From positions 72,168,001 to 72,232,000 of the forward strand of contig NC_073384.1 in assembly GCF_028641065.1 (NCBI RefSeq): a stretch of DNA of 64,000 nt, given 5' to 3'. Source of the DNA: Leucoraja erinacea (lineage: Eukaryota). This document shows positions 38,714 to 52,122 of the stretch, piece after piece; position 1 is the stretch's first letter, and every line of letters begins with the position of its first letter. The notes under the pieces are model-generated. The model searched no databases. It was not told the DNA's origin and saw only the letters and a program-made list of their open reading frames with translations. A program made the position numbers and the translations under genes.

Positions 38714-39902
38714 TGGGGTCAAGGAAAGAGCGTTCACGTCCTGTTTCCACCAATCTTTCCACCACCACGCACAAGAAGCATTAAGACAGACATTGTGCAT
38801 TGTGCAGATCTGGAAGAAACTTCTAATGTTGTTCAGGACTGAAAATACATTTTAAAACCCTTTCATCGACTAGTCTCTTGAAGTTGGTGAATAATGAGGT
38901 GTTACAACTGCTTATTTATGAGAACAATTAATTGATTACCATTTGCAAGGAAATGAAGGTCGGACAATTAATCTGCTGTTCAAAAGTGCACTGTGTATGA
39001 ACTACAAAAGCTACACACAAGTGAACAATTCTTTAATATTTTATACAACTGACATTGCATGACAAAGGAAGCAAAAGATTTCTAACATGTTTTAAAAACG
39101 GTTTCTAAATGCATGTGGCCATTAAAGACGTCTGGGGTACACCAAAGAACTTGAATTGATATCAAAAAAGCTCGAAACCCCTGAATGAACAATTTTTTCG
39201 CTTTCCACAGAGGCTGCCCAAACTTTCCAATATTTTCTGTTTTCAGTTTGGATTTTTCCAACATCTGAAGTATTTTGATTTCACAAACTCTCTTCACACA
39301 TTTCTATCATCCACAATTAACATCACGAGCCTGGCATAGCAACTTTGCAGTTAGTGTGTGGTTAAAACAGTGAAAAGCTATTTGAAAATGTTGAGAAAGG
39401 AGCTTGTATGTATCATGTTCATTTCTTCTTCGAAGACTAACATAAAAGAATGCATTATAATTTCCATGTACCACCTATTTATTCAGCTGGATATTATGTC
39501 TTCTACAGAAAGTATATATATTCTCACTACATGTCTGCAAGGGAGACGAAAATCAAGACAGAAATGCTTACAATTATATTTGGGTGGCCAGGAGCTGTCT
39601 GGGCCTTCAATACGACTACCAATCACATTTTAAAATAAGAAAGCCTTGAACATTGGATCACCTATTTTTATAAAGGAAGAAAGCAATCTGGACCATAGTA
39701 GAAACAAATACAGGATTACGAACAGATGCCAGAAAACATTAACTTGAGCAAAATTACAATGTTGAAAAAACTTAACAGGAAACAAATTTACAGGATCCAT
39801 TAGATTGCATCACAAGCTTTAAAAGAATTAACTGAGAATGTTGCAAATGCCTAACAATAATCATCCAAATAGAAGAATGGTCTAGACCCGATACGTCACC
39901 TT

Positions 39903-40120
39903 TTTAGTTTAGGGATACAATGTGGAAACAGGCCCTTTGGCCCACCAAGTCTGTGCCGACCAGCGATCCCAGCATACTAACGCTATCCTACACACTAGAG
40001 ACAATTTACAATTATACCAAGCCAATTAGCCTACAAACCTGTACGCCTTTGGAGTGTGGGAGGAAGCCGGAGATCCCGGCTAAAACCCACGCAGGTCACG
40101 GGGAGAACGTACAAACTCCG
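39903..40120 (-). mobile_element. 5'-truncated V-SINE inserted in a PLE tail
   Basis: PLE gacccgatacgtcacc before it and ttctccagatatgctgc after it. Confidence 0.78.
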
Positions 40121-40759
40121 TCCTCAACGATGTTCTCCAGATATGCTGCTTGACCTGCTTGTTATTCCATCATTTATTAATTCAGAAAGGTTCAGATTGG
40201 ACATTTCTATGACATTTTAAAGCAGATCCGCCCTTGCACAGAGATCAAAATTAGAGCTGAGCAAAAGGCTAAAAGTGAAGAAATGCAGATTAAATTTGGG
40301 GGGGGGGGGTGTTGGAGATCAGAGAACTAAGGAGAAACAAGAAGGGATTTGAAAAGGAAATTAGAATTTCAAAGTAATGGTATTTTTGACTCAGGAAGGT
40401 TAACAGGCAAGAGGGTGATATAACACAATGTTTGATGTCTTCAAGTTCACACAAAGGTGTGGTACAGCAGTGGTTACGTTATTGGTCTAGAAATTAGATG
40501 TTTGAACACGGAGCCAGAGACATAAGTTTGAATTCCTCCAGCCAGCTGGGGTAATTTAGATTCAGCAATTATAGATATGAAAATATAAGATGGTAAAATG
40601 CAACCTGTTTGAGCAAAAAAAATGTCTACCATTACAACATGTTCGGCACTTGGGCCGAAGGGCCTGTTTCTTGTTCCAGTGTTCTATGTTTCATGTAGAT
40701 GGCAGATGACGTGGTGGTCCTCAAATTTACGTTGGGGGTCCATGGAACAAGTTCAGTAA

Positions 40760-41292
40760 TGCCCCTGTCCCACTTAGGCGATTTTTTCAGCCACTGTCAT
40801 AATCGTAGCAGGTCGTCGAAAAACTGGCGACTGGACTCCCGTACGACAATGTCTACAACAACCTACCACCTAGTCGACGTCAAGCTACGGCAAGCTACCG
40901 ACAGCCCATTAGGACGTCCACCTACGACCACACCTACGACTGCCTACGTCCACCCGCGACAAGCTATGGCAAGGTAAGACAATTCAGTCGCCGGTACCTG
41001 TCGCCGGTTGATGTAGGTAGTCGCCAATGGGATTCACCGAAGTCAGCACCTGGCGACAACCTACAACAGCACCTACATCAGGAGAAGTCAAGCTACGCTC
41101 ATTGGCGTCAAGCCAACAGTCGCTGAAAAGTTTTGAATATTTCAAAGTCTAGGGTCAACCAGAAAAACGCTGTGATTCCTTGGGCGACTAAGGAGACTAC
41201 TCACGATCATACAGGCGACACCCCGGCGACCATGTAGAGACAGCCTAGTCGCCTGTAGTCGCCTAAAAAATCGCCTAAGTGGGACAGGGGTA
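40760..41292. mobile_element. PIF/Harbinger-type MITE
   Basis: TIR t(g/a)cccctgtcccacttaggcgatttttt; TSD TAA on both sides. Confidence 0.88.
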
Positions 41293-41809
41293 TAAGTCAC
41301 ACACTAGGTCAGAATGATAGACGAATTGAGAATGAATGTGATGGCAATGTCAGGGTTACCTTTGCAGATGGAAGAGGGTTGCTCTGTAACGTGTTACCCA
41401 ATCTGTTGTTTGTTCCAAGGTAGAGTTGACCACAATATGAACACTATACGCTGGGTTGAAAGGGGGCCTGAGTGCAATGCTGAAACACTGGCACATCTCT
41501 TCAGTTGGCAGCATTGATGAAATGCACTTCAGCAGATTGTATTGGTTTCTAAGTCAGCACCCTCAAACCCACAACAGCAGGTGTACAAATACACTGCAAC
41601 TTCAGAGTTGGTGTTCAAGTAACACTTCTGACCGTGAACATATATATAGAATGATCTCATCATTCCTCATTGTCCCTTGGTCTAAATAATGGATTGTTCG
41701 ACCCCACGACACAGTGGAAGTCCCAGCGAAAGGACATTATCATCACCTTCCACACAATGAGGCTTGGCTAATTAAATCCAGCATTATCACCAGATCCCAC
41801 ATATCAAAA

Positions 41810-42148
41810 TACATTATCATGAGGGGCATGGAGAAAGTAAATGCTGTCTTTTTTTGCCAGGATAGAGGATTCTACAACAAGAGGGCTTAGGCTTAAGGTG
41901 AAAGGGGGGAGATTTCAGAGGGATCTCGGGAGCAACTTTTTTTCATTCAGGGACTAGTCCATATCTGGAATGAGCTGACATTGAAAGTTACAGAAGAAGC
42001 CACAATCATGACCTTTAAATGACATTTGGACAGATAAATGCGTAGGAAGGTTTCAGAGGGCAATGATGGCAAATGCAGCCAACTTTGGAAGAGGGGACAA
42101 AATGGTCCGAAGAGCCTGTTTCTGTGTTGGATAGCTCTCTGATTCTAT
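41810..42148 (+). mobile_element. Decayed CR1 3' end
   Basis: agagggcttaggcttaaggtgaaagggg...gaagagcctgtttctgtg tail. Confidence 0.7.
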
Positions 42149-42214
42149 GCGGAAAACATAGAGGTTAACACTACAGTTTCATATTTGACCAACCATTTTG
42201 AGGTCTATACTCGT

Positions 42215-42442
42215 TCTTACCTAACAAACAGCTATCAACGGCCTGCTTCCTTTATCTTCGTTACTTTTTTGCACATCTTTCATTAATTTGTTCTATATCT
42301 CTCTCTACATCACTGTCTATATCTCTCGTTTTCCTTTCCCCTGACTGTCTAAAGAAGGGTCTCGACCTGAAACGCCACCTTTTCCATTTCTCCAGAGATG
42401 CTGCCTGACCCGTTGAGTTACACCAGCTTTTTGTGTCTATCT
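42215..42442 (+). mobile_element. PLE 3'UTR fragment with a degenerate hammerhead
   Basis: Matches 22625-22810. Confidence 0.7.
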
Positions 42443-43486
42443 TTGGGGTGCATTCACTTAGGGTGCTTTCATTTACAATTCTTTTTTTTTAAGCAGATTA
42501 TGGAAAGTTTTTTGTTTGTAGGTCTGTTAAAAAGATCAGTTTTAATTCATCCCTTCCCTCGACTTAACCTCTTCTCAGCAATTAAAGCACTCTGAGCATC
42601 TCTCATCTATCACACAGCTAGCTAAATAATGCATTGCATCCTCCACTCGTGGTTTATCACTCCAAATGAAAGGCATTAGCATATCTCCCCAATCAATTAC
42701 AGTGCAGTGGAATAATCACAGCATAATTGGACAAAAGCTGCACTAATCACAAACCTTCTTGTACAATAAAAGCTGAGTAGCAGAGCAGACAAGCCCATGA
42801 TTTGGAGTGAGCAGCCAGCACCCGACTTTAGTGTGTTTATTTTGGTGATATTTTAAAAAATGTGCGCGTTGATTTTGTTTTAAAGTGAGGAGCAAAGAGA
42901 CGAGAGAAGACAGTACTTCGATCAAGCCGAAAAAGCTCGAGGTTAATATTGTGCTTCTGTTCCTTCTCCCGAGGAAAATCTCATGTAATCGAAATTCTGT
43001 TAACGTAATAAGATTGTGCCAAGCTGAACGACTGCCTTCATTAAAGATGCAGCACACAAACTGCTGACACAAAGTGATAGTCTACTCACATGGGGAAAGA
43101 AAAAGAGAAAAAAGCAGACCTCCAACAACTTCTAATTTTCCACAGCTCTATATTCACGTGTTCAAAATAAATTAGCCTTCATTCTCTTGGATAACTGAAA
43201 TTAATTCCAGTATTTGATTTGGTTAAAAGGATATCATTTAACTAAAACCACCTGATTTCTGTGCAATTTCATACTTCTGCATAAAAATAAAAGACCTAAT
43301 AAATATGCCCTCAGATTAAAAAATAGTATTGGATTTCAATGGATGGTTTCTTCAACTACATTACTTTGTGGACAATGCACACAAAAGGCAATGTTTGGAA
43401 AGCGCTTTAGAACACCCGTAGTTTGTGAAAGATGCATGATAACTCCAAGTCTGTTTTCTAAAGCCATACATCGTGGATACAGGCCA

Positions 43487-45087
43487 GGTAGACACAAAAT
43501 GCTGGAGTAACTCAGCGGGTCAGGCAACATCTCTGGAGAGAAGGAATTGGTGACGTTTCGGGTTGAGATCCTTCTTCAGACTGATGTCAATAAACAATAG
43601 ATGCAGGAGTAGGCCATTCGGCCCTTCGAGCCAGCACCGCCATTCAATGTCAGGGGAGGGGACGGAACAAAGATAGAATGTAGTCGGAGACAGTAAGACT
43701 GGTGGGAGAACTGGGAAGGGGGAGGGGATAGATAGAGAGAGAGGGAAAGCAAGGGCTATCTGGTTATAGAAGTCAATGTTCATACCGCTGGGGTGTAAAC
43801 TACGAAATATGAGGTGCTGTTCCTCCAATTTGGGCTGGGCCTCACGCTGACAATGGAGGAGTGAAAGGTCAGATTAGGAATGGGAGGGGGAGTTAAAGTG
43901 CTGAGCCACCGGGAGATCAAGTAGGTTAAGACCGAATGAGCGGAGGTGTTCAGTGAAACGATCGCCGAACATGCGCTTGGTCTCGCCAATGTAGAGAAGT
44001 TGACACCTGGAACAGCGGATATCCCCTAAAAGACTCTATCCCCTACTCCCAATTCCTCCGTCTATGCCGCATCTGTACCCAGGATGAGGCGTTCCATACC
44101 TGGGCATCAGAGATGTCCTCATTCTTTAGGAAACGGGGGTTCCCCTCTTCCATTATAGATGAGGCTCTCACTAGGGTCTCTCGTATCCCGCAGATCTGCT
44201 CTTACCCCCCCTCCTCCCATTCGTAACAAGGACGGAGGCCCCTTGTCCTCACCTTCCACCCCATCAGCCGTCGCATACAGCATATAATCCTCCAACATTT
44301 TCGCCACCTCCAACGGGATCTCACTACTGGCCACATCTTCCCATCTCCACCCCTTTCTGCTTTCCACAGATACCGTTCCCTCCGCAACTCCCTGGTCAAC
44401 TCATCCCTTCCCACCCAAACCACCCCCTCCCCAGGTACTTTTTCCTGCAAGCGCAGGAGATGCAACACCTGTCCCTTTACCTCCCCCCCTCGACTCCATC
44501 TAAGGACCCAAGCAGTCTTTCCAGGTGAGGCAGAGGTTCACCTGCACCTCCTCCAACCTCATCTACTGTATCCGCTGTTCCAGGTGTCAACTTCTCTACA
44601 TCGGTGAGACCAAGCGCAGTCTCGGCGATTGTTTCGCTGAACACCTCCGCTCAGTCTGCCTTACCCTACCTGATCTCCCGGTTGCACAGCACTTCAATTC
44701 CCCCTCTCATTCCCAATCTGACCTTTCTGTCCTGGGCCTCCTCCAATTTTCAGAGTGAGGCCCAGCACAAATTGGAGGAACAGCACCTCATATTTAGCTT
44801 GGGTAGTTTGCACCCCGGAGGTATGAACATTGACTTCTCTAACTTCAAATAGCCCTTGCTTTCCTTTGCTATCCCCTCCCCCTTCCCAGTTCTCCCACTA
44901 GTCTTACAGTCTCCGACTACAATCTATCTCTGTCCCGCCCCCTCCGCTGACATCAATCTGAAGAGGGTCTCGACCCGAAACATCACCAATTTCTTCTCTC
45001 CAGAGATGTTGCCTGACCCGCTGAGTTACTCCTGCATTTTGTGTCCACCTTCGATTTAAGCCAGCATCTGCAGTTCTTTCCTACACA
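43487..45087 (+). mobile_element. Neptune-type PLE, truncated, with a large inverted 3' copy (43487-44020)
   Basis: 13-bp TSD tggatacaggcca (43474-43486, 45088-45100); NLIYCIRCSRCQLLYIGETKR; hammerhead motifs at ~43550-43585 (minus) and ~44957-44987 (plus); CR1 tail fragment at ~43590-43648. Confidence 0.9.
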
Positions 45088-45683
45088 TGGATACAGGCCA
45101 TTTAGCCCAACACATGGTGAGCTATAGACTGAGTAACAAGAAGGTTTTTTGTAAGTTAAAATAATACAGGATCTTATAGTATGTTCAAATTTTAAAGATG
45201 CTGCATTAGCACAAGAAGAATGCTTTTAATTTGGTAGGAAGATCATAATTCATAGAAAGAAAATTAAAATAATGCACATGCCACAAGCTTTGACCTTGAT
45301 AACCAAAAAATAAATTACTATTATTTCCTTTTCTTAAATTGGCTGTGCATGAATTAAACTGGAAAACAGGCATGGGGAGGTTTGTATTGTAATTCTCAGG
45401 CTGTTCAGTACAGTAAGTAACAGAAGAAGAAAAACTGCTAACAATTAAAGGTGCCCACCCAAAATGGCGTTCATCCATTCAAGAGTCAAGATTGTTTTAT
45501 TGATATATGTCCCAGATAGGACAATGAAATTCTCAGCTAGTCCCTCCTTTCTCAGCGAGTCCCTCCTTTCTCAGCGAGTCCCTCCTTTCTCCTCCTCTAC
45601 TCAGCTCTCCCTCAGCCCACTGGCTCCACCTCTTCCTTTCTTCCTCCCGCCCCCCACCCCCCCACCCTCACATCAGTCTGAAG

Positions 45684-46245
45684 CAAAGATCCTATAGTGA
45701 GCAAGATAGCCCACTCGACGAAAAAGACGTACTTCGGCCCCATTTCTGTAACCGGCTTCCGTCTCCGCGCTCCCATCCAAAGATCCTATAGCAACTGGAA
45801 TCTCCATGTTGTTATTATTTTGCCAAATACCGCAATTGTGAACAGTGTGATCAAATGAATTACAGTGCAAGTTTAATACAAACATCCTCAAACACAGCAC
45901 ACGAGCCATTTAAAAATATATATATTTTTTTTAACTTTAAAAATAGAAAATTAAAAAAAAAAATTTAAAAAGAAAATTAACAGAATTATAATTTATTGAC
46001 ATATTAATCATTAACAAAAAATAGCAGAATTATGAATGAACAGAATGATGAATAATGGGTCTAACACTATATCACACACACACACACAAATTGTTCCCCC
46101 ACAACGCTGATTATACTGCAAGAGGGATTTACAATCGGGTCAGGTTTACTGAAATAGCTGAAGAAAAGGCTGATGTTCAGTTCCGTAGCATACTACACAT
46201 CAGCCCATTGGTTTTAGCAGGATCTTGCTTGCTATAGGATCTTTG
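45684..46245. mobile_element. hAT-like MITE inserted into a PLE hammerhead core
   Basis: TIR caaagatcctatag / ctataggatctttg; TSD gtctgaag/gtctaaag; internal TIR copy at 45778. Confidence 0.85.
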
Positions 46246-46634
46246 GTCTAAAGAAGGGTTTCGACCCAAAACATTGCCTATTTCATTCGCTCCATAGATG
46301 CTGCCTCACCCGCTGAGTTTCAACAGCATTTTTAGCTACTTACAATAAAATTCTTGCTTGCGGCAGCACAACAGAATATGTATGTTAAATTCCACTTCCT
46401 GCATTCATGCCGGACAGCTTCCATTTGTTAGAGCATTTCTACAAGAAAGATTCTCCATTATGGGAGTAATATATATATATTTATACATATCTTAATGTTA
46501 AATAAAAATTAGAAGACTGAGTAAATGTGCTTTCAGACAAAAATATAGTATTGAACTTCAATGGATGGGCTGTTGACTTCTATTGACTACATGACATTAT
46601 GGGCAAAGCACACAAAATGCATTGTGAAAGGTCT

Positions 46635-46845
46635 GTGGAATTCTCTGCTTCAGAGGACGGTGGAGGCCGGTTCTCTGGATGCTTTTACGAGAGAGCTAGA
46701 AAGGGCTCTTAAAGATAGCGGAGTCAGGGGATATGGGGTGAAGGCAGGAACGGGGTACTGATTGGGGATGATCAGCCGTGATCACATTGAATGGCGGTGC
46801 TGGCTCGAAGGGCCGAATGGCCTACTGCTGCACCTATTATCTATT
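46635..46845 (+). mobile_element. CR1 3' fragment inserted in a PLE helix II
   Basis: LWNSLLQRTVEAGSLDAF...; the empty site aaggtctcgacccgaaac is at 24343-24360. Confidence 0.85.
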
Positions 46846-47683
46846 GTCTCGACCCGAAACGTCACCTTTTCTCCAGAGATGCTGTCTAACCCACTGAGTT
46901 ACTCGAGCTTTTTGTGTCTATCTTCATGCATTGTTTGGAAAATGCTTTAGAACATCTTTTGTTCGTGAAAGGTTCATCATACATCCACGGCTGTTTTCGA
47001 GAGTCATACAACATGAAGATGGGGCATTAAGCCTGCCTTGGCTAGATGCCTTCCCCACCAGATTATATCTCCACCTCTGCTGTCAGTTTCAAAGATCTTT
47101 GGACGTACACCAAAGTCTGCCAAAAATCAAGTTAATTTAGTGAACATTTACGATACATGTTGGAGACTTTTTGGTGTATGGAGCCATTCTAAAGAGTTTG
47201 AGTGTTTGAATGTATGCTGCACTTGAGAAAACACGTTGAATGCCCACAAGCAGTCACGTTTCAAAATGTCAAATAGCCTCTCCACTTTGACCTTGCTCCA
47301 ATGATGTTTACTATTTATCAGTAATTAACTACATGCTAACGTTGTGCATTGACAGAACAGTCCACGATGCAAGGCTCAGTTGCTCAGGTTTTAACTGGAA
47401 GATTCATTGTATTTCACATTTCGCCATTTTTGCACAAATCCCAAAGACTACAAAAAAGGGATAGAGGTCTACAAGGGAGCCTTTGATGATCACTGCACAG
47501 TGAGAGAAAAAAATGCACACAAATTTGGGATGATAATGGAGGTGTAGTTCATATCTAATCATGACTTTATCCTGTTTTCATAAATGGATGGATCAATCAA
47601 ATGATGGGTGCTGCTTGTGCATGAAATTTCTGGCAACCTAAGTGAACTGTAATTACTATGTTACAGGCTCAAATGAATAAAGT

Positions 47684-47980
47684 CACGGCATAAAGGCGGT
47701 AGAGCTACTGCCTTACAGCGCCAGAGAACCGGGTTCAATCCTGATTACAGGTGCTGTCTGTACGGAGTTTGTACGTTCCCCCCCATATCCTGTGTGGGTT
47801 TTCTCTGAGATCTTTGGTTTTCTCCCACACTCCAAAGACGTACACGTTTGCAAGTTTGGTATGAATGTAAAATTGTCCCTAACGTGTGTAAGGCAGTGTT
47901 AATGTGCGGGGATCGCTGGTCGTGCGGATTCTGTGGGCCGAAAGGCCTGTTTCCGCACTGTATCGCTAAACTAAACTAAA
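47684..47980 (+). mobile_element. HE1-like V-SINE
   Basis: Head, V-domain, (ctaaa)3 tail. Confidence 0.87.
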
Positions 47981-49146
47981 GTTAGCCAGGCAGCACCTGT
48001 GGAAGCAGACTAATCAACCGCAATTCAAATGTAACCAACCTGAAACATTAACTCTTTTTCTCCCTAACAATTGTTGCCCGACCTGTATATATTCAATGTT
48101 TTCTGCTTTTCTTTAAAGACTCCTGGAATCTGGAGTTTTTTTTTTTGAAGTCGGACACAAATTCTACACTTTAATTTTAACCCTTATGTTCCCAATGCAA
48201 ATTACTAGTGAATATGCATCAGGGAGGAACAAAGCACATGTAAAAGAGAGACTGACTGCTGCATCCCACTGCACTCCACTGCAATATGCAAATATTCATC
48301 AGTCTACCCTATTCTGCATGGCTTCCAGCTTCACTGCCAACACAATATAAAGATTATGCAAAATAATTTGCTAGCTATGACCCCCTACCATCATTAGCTA
48401 TTCTGAGATAATGTAACATTAAGAGGGAAACGCAGCGTTTTCAAACACTTATCAAGCCAAGCTTGCAAACACACCTTCAAAAGCTGAAATGAAAAAAAGC
48501 TTTGTAAGAATCAGCACTTGAAACACTAACACAACTGCAGTCCTCCCCCCTCACCATGCTCATTCATTACATTCTGATTGTGGCAAAACCAAGCTGTTTT
48601 TCTCATGCAAAGGAGCTAACACAGCTCAAGGACAGGGCTGTTATAAGGGCAATTAACACCTCATCAGGGAAAAGCATTTCTTCCACAAGAATGGTTCCAC
48701 TATCCTGAAGTTCAGCATTTACAAAAAGAAAGCCATTTACAGAGACCTTTTTGTGACTGATTTCACTGCAATATGGCACAGACTGAGACAAATGTAACAA
48801 GGACAAAAGTCTAACAGAATTAACTTTGATGTTTCATTTACATTCAACTGGTACTGCAGCATGCACTATGTGAAAGCATTTCTAACATTACAATTCTCAA
48901 GTATTGCAATGATAAAATAATGCAGGCAAAGTACAAAATGTTTACTTTAATTTAAACATCACCGACAAAAATATTCACACTACAACACTGTTCTGTTTGA
49001 TCGGACTGCAATCCATTCCCTGAGGTGCCGCTGGTCCAAATCTGCCACTCCAGGGATGCTTTGGCACAAACATAACCTCAAAAGAAGGGCAGGCAGGCAG
49101 TTGTCAGTCCAATGTCTGCACCTGAGGATGAACACAGTGAGTCTAA

Positions 49147-49952
49147 AGGGCCTGTCCCACTTATGTGACCTTTACAGGCGACTGCCGGCACCCGTAATAG
49201 GTCGCCGAAATGTTCAACATGTTGAAAATTCAACGGTGACCAGAAAGATGCGACGACTCTTTGGACACCTCTCACGACCATACAGGCGACCCCTGGCGAC
49301 ATGTGCATAGGAGACTTCTCATGACCATAGGTGGACAAAATTGCTGGAGAAACTCAGCTGGGTGCGGCAGCATATATGGAGCGATGGAAATAGGCAACGT
49401 TTCTGGCCAAAACCCTTCTTCAGAGTTCCTTCTTGAACACTTCTCACGACCATTACAGCCTGTATGGTCGTGAGCGGTCTCCAATGGTCGTGCTGTCTGC
49501 GGAGGGCGCTCAGCATCGCCAAGGACTGCTCTCACCCCAACGTCATGGACTGTTTACGCTCCTACCATCCGGGAGGCGCTACAGGTCTCTCCGTTGCCGA
49601 ACCAGCAGGTCGAGGAACAGCTTCTTTCCGGCCGCTGTCAATCTACTAAACAACGTACCTCGGTGACTGCCAATCACCCCCCCCACGGACACTTATTATT
49701 TATTTTTTTAATTCAAAATCGTTTGCTATGTCGCTCTTCAAAGGAGATGCTAAATGCATTTCGTTGTCTCTGTACTGTACACTGACAATGACAATTAAAA
49801 TTGAATCTGAATCTGAATCTGAATCTGAGAGGTCTCCAAAGAGTCGTAGTGTCTTTCTGCTTGCCACTGAATTTTCAGCATGTTGAAAATTTTGGTGACC
49901 TATGACGGGTGCCGGCAATCGCCTGTAACGGTCGCGTAAGTGGCAAGGCCTT
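49147..49952. mobile_element. PIF/Harbinger-type MITE with nested PLE (~49328-49437) and Rex1 (~49490-49827) fragments
   Basis: TSD TAA; long TIRs; Rex1 piece LFTLLPSGRRYRSLRCRTSRSRNSFFPAAVNLLN with (tctgaa)n tail. Confidence 0.82.
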
Positions 49953-50378
49953 TAACATCTGTGACAGGTAAGGTACTGGAGAGGAGTCTGAGGGATAAGA
50001 TATACACACATCTGGATAAACAGGGCCTGATTAGGGATAGTCAGCTTGGTTTTATGTGGAGGATCATGTCTTACAAATGTGAGTTCTTTTGAAGAAGTAG
50101 CCAAAAGGATTGACAAAGGCAAGGCTGCGGACATTATCTAGAAGGACTTTAACAAGGCCTTTGATAAGGTTCCGCATGGTAGGCTGCTCCGGACGGTTAG
50201 ATCGGATGGGATCCAGGGAGGGCTAGGTAACTGGGGACAGAATTGGCTTCATGGAAGGAAACAAATGATGGTGGTGGAATTTTTAAGAAGGAACTGCAGA
50301 TGCTGGGAAAATTGAAAGTAGACAAAAAATGCTGGAGAAACTCAACGGGTGAGGCAGCTTCTATGGGGAAAAGGAGTA

Positions 50379-50414
50379 GGCAACGTTTCGGGTCGAGACC
50401 CTTCTTCAGACTGA
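50379..50414 (-). ncRNA. Minimal hammerhead motif, sense to the ARID1B pre-mRNA
   Basis: Minus strand tcagt-CTGAAGA-a-gggt(ctcg)accc-GAAA-cg-TT|gcc. Confidence 0.65.
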
Positions 50415-51597
50415 TGAGTAAGAGGCGGAGATAGTAGGCTATGTGGGAGAGCTGGGAAGGGGGAGGTGGAGCGGAAGGACAGAGGCCTGTGGTGAGTGGT
50501 ATGCCCCAGGGATTGGTGCCCCATACTGTTTGTGGTTTATATCAACAATTTGGAAAAGAATGTACAAGGTATGGTTGGTAAGTTTGCAGATTATACTAAA
50601 AGACTGAAGATGGTTGTCAAAAAACACAGCGGGATCGGGCAAGTGGGCTGAGGAATGGTTGATGGAGTTTAATGCAGATAAGTGTGAAGTGTTTGCATTT
50701 TGTGAAGTTCAACCAGAGCGGGACCTTCACGGTGAATGGTAGGTCCCCAAGGAGGGTCCTCGAGCTGAGGTGTCCAGGAGTAGAGGTACATAGTCCACTG
50801 AAAGTGGCATCACAGGTAGATAGGGGTGGTCAAGAAAGGCTTTTGGTACATTGTCCTTCATCAATCAGGGTTTTGAGTATGGAAGTCGGGACATTATGCT
50901 ATAGCTGTGCAAGATGCTGGTGAGGCGACACTTGGACAACTGCATTTAGTTTTGGCCACCCTGATATAGGAAGGATGTAAACATAGAAACATAGAAATTA
51001 GGTGCAGGAGTAGGCCATTCAGCACTTCGAGCCTGCACCGCCATTCAATATGATCATGGCTGATCATCCAACTCAGTATCCCGTACCTGCCTTCTCTCCA
51101 TACCTTCAGATCCCTTTAGCCACAAGGGCCACATCTAACTCCCTCTTAAATATAGCCAATGAACTGGCCTCAACTACCCTCTGTGGCAGAGAGTTCCACA
51201 GATTCACCACTCTCTGTGTGAAAAAAGTTTTTCTCACCTCGGTTTTAAAGGATTTACCCCTTATCCTTAAGCTGTGACCCCTTGTCCTGGACTTCCCCAA
51301 CATCGGGAACAATCTTCCAGCATCTAGCCTGTCCAACCCCTTAAGAATGTAATTAAGCTGAAAGGGGGCAGAGAAGATTCATGAGAATGTTGCCAGGACT
51401 TGTGGGGTTGTGTTATAGTAAAATGATGGGCAGGCTAGGACAACTTTCTTCCTTGGAGTACAAGAACCTCAGCGGAGATCCTTTAGAGGAGTATAAAATC
51501 ATGAGGTGAATGCATGATTTTACTCAGGGTAGGAGATACAAAAACCAGAGAACATAGGTTTCAGGTGAGAGGTGCAAGATTTAACATGTACCTGAGG

Positions 51598-52122
51598 TAG
51601 GGTTGCCAACTGTCCTATATTTGCCAGGACATCCTGTATATTGGGCTAAATTGGTTTGTCCCGTACGGGACCGCCCTTGTCCTGTACTTGACTGCTACTA
51701 CTCGGGTCGAGGGGACTGTCGGGTCGGAGCGTCACGTCCGGCCCCGCCTCACCCGTCCCGACGTGGTGCAGCCCATGGAGTGCAGCAGCAGCAGCAACGC
51801 CTCACCTCTGGCCTCGTCGGTCGGCAGCCAGGCCAGATGTCCGACCTTCGGACCTTCGCTCACTGCCAACATCATCACCCCTCCTTCTCATGGCCGATCA
51901 TCGGTTCATGAGTTGGATGGGGTGCGGGACTTTGTGCGTGACATCGGGCGGGACAAAACACCTCAGCTGGCCCGCCGGCTGGGCTTTGTGTGCAGTCCAG
52001 CACCCGGCCAACTCATCATTCACCCAGCCACGGCCCAGTCGGTCAACGAATAGCCGTCGGCAATTTGTCCCGTATTTTGACCCTTTGTCCCTTATTTTGA
52101 AGTGAGAAAGTTGGCGACCTTA
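51598..52122. mobile_element. hAT (Ac-like TAGGGTTGCC ends) MITE
   Basis: TIR tagggttgccaact / agttggcgacctta; perfect 8-bp TSD acctgagg; subterminal gtccc motifs. Confidence 0.9.
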
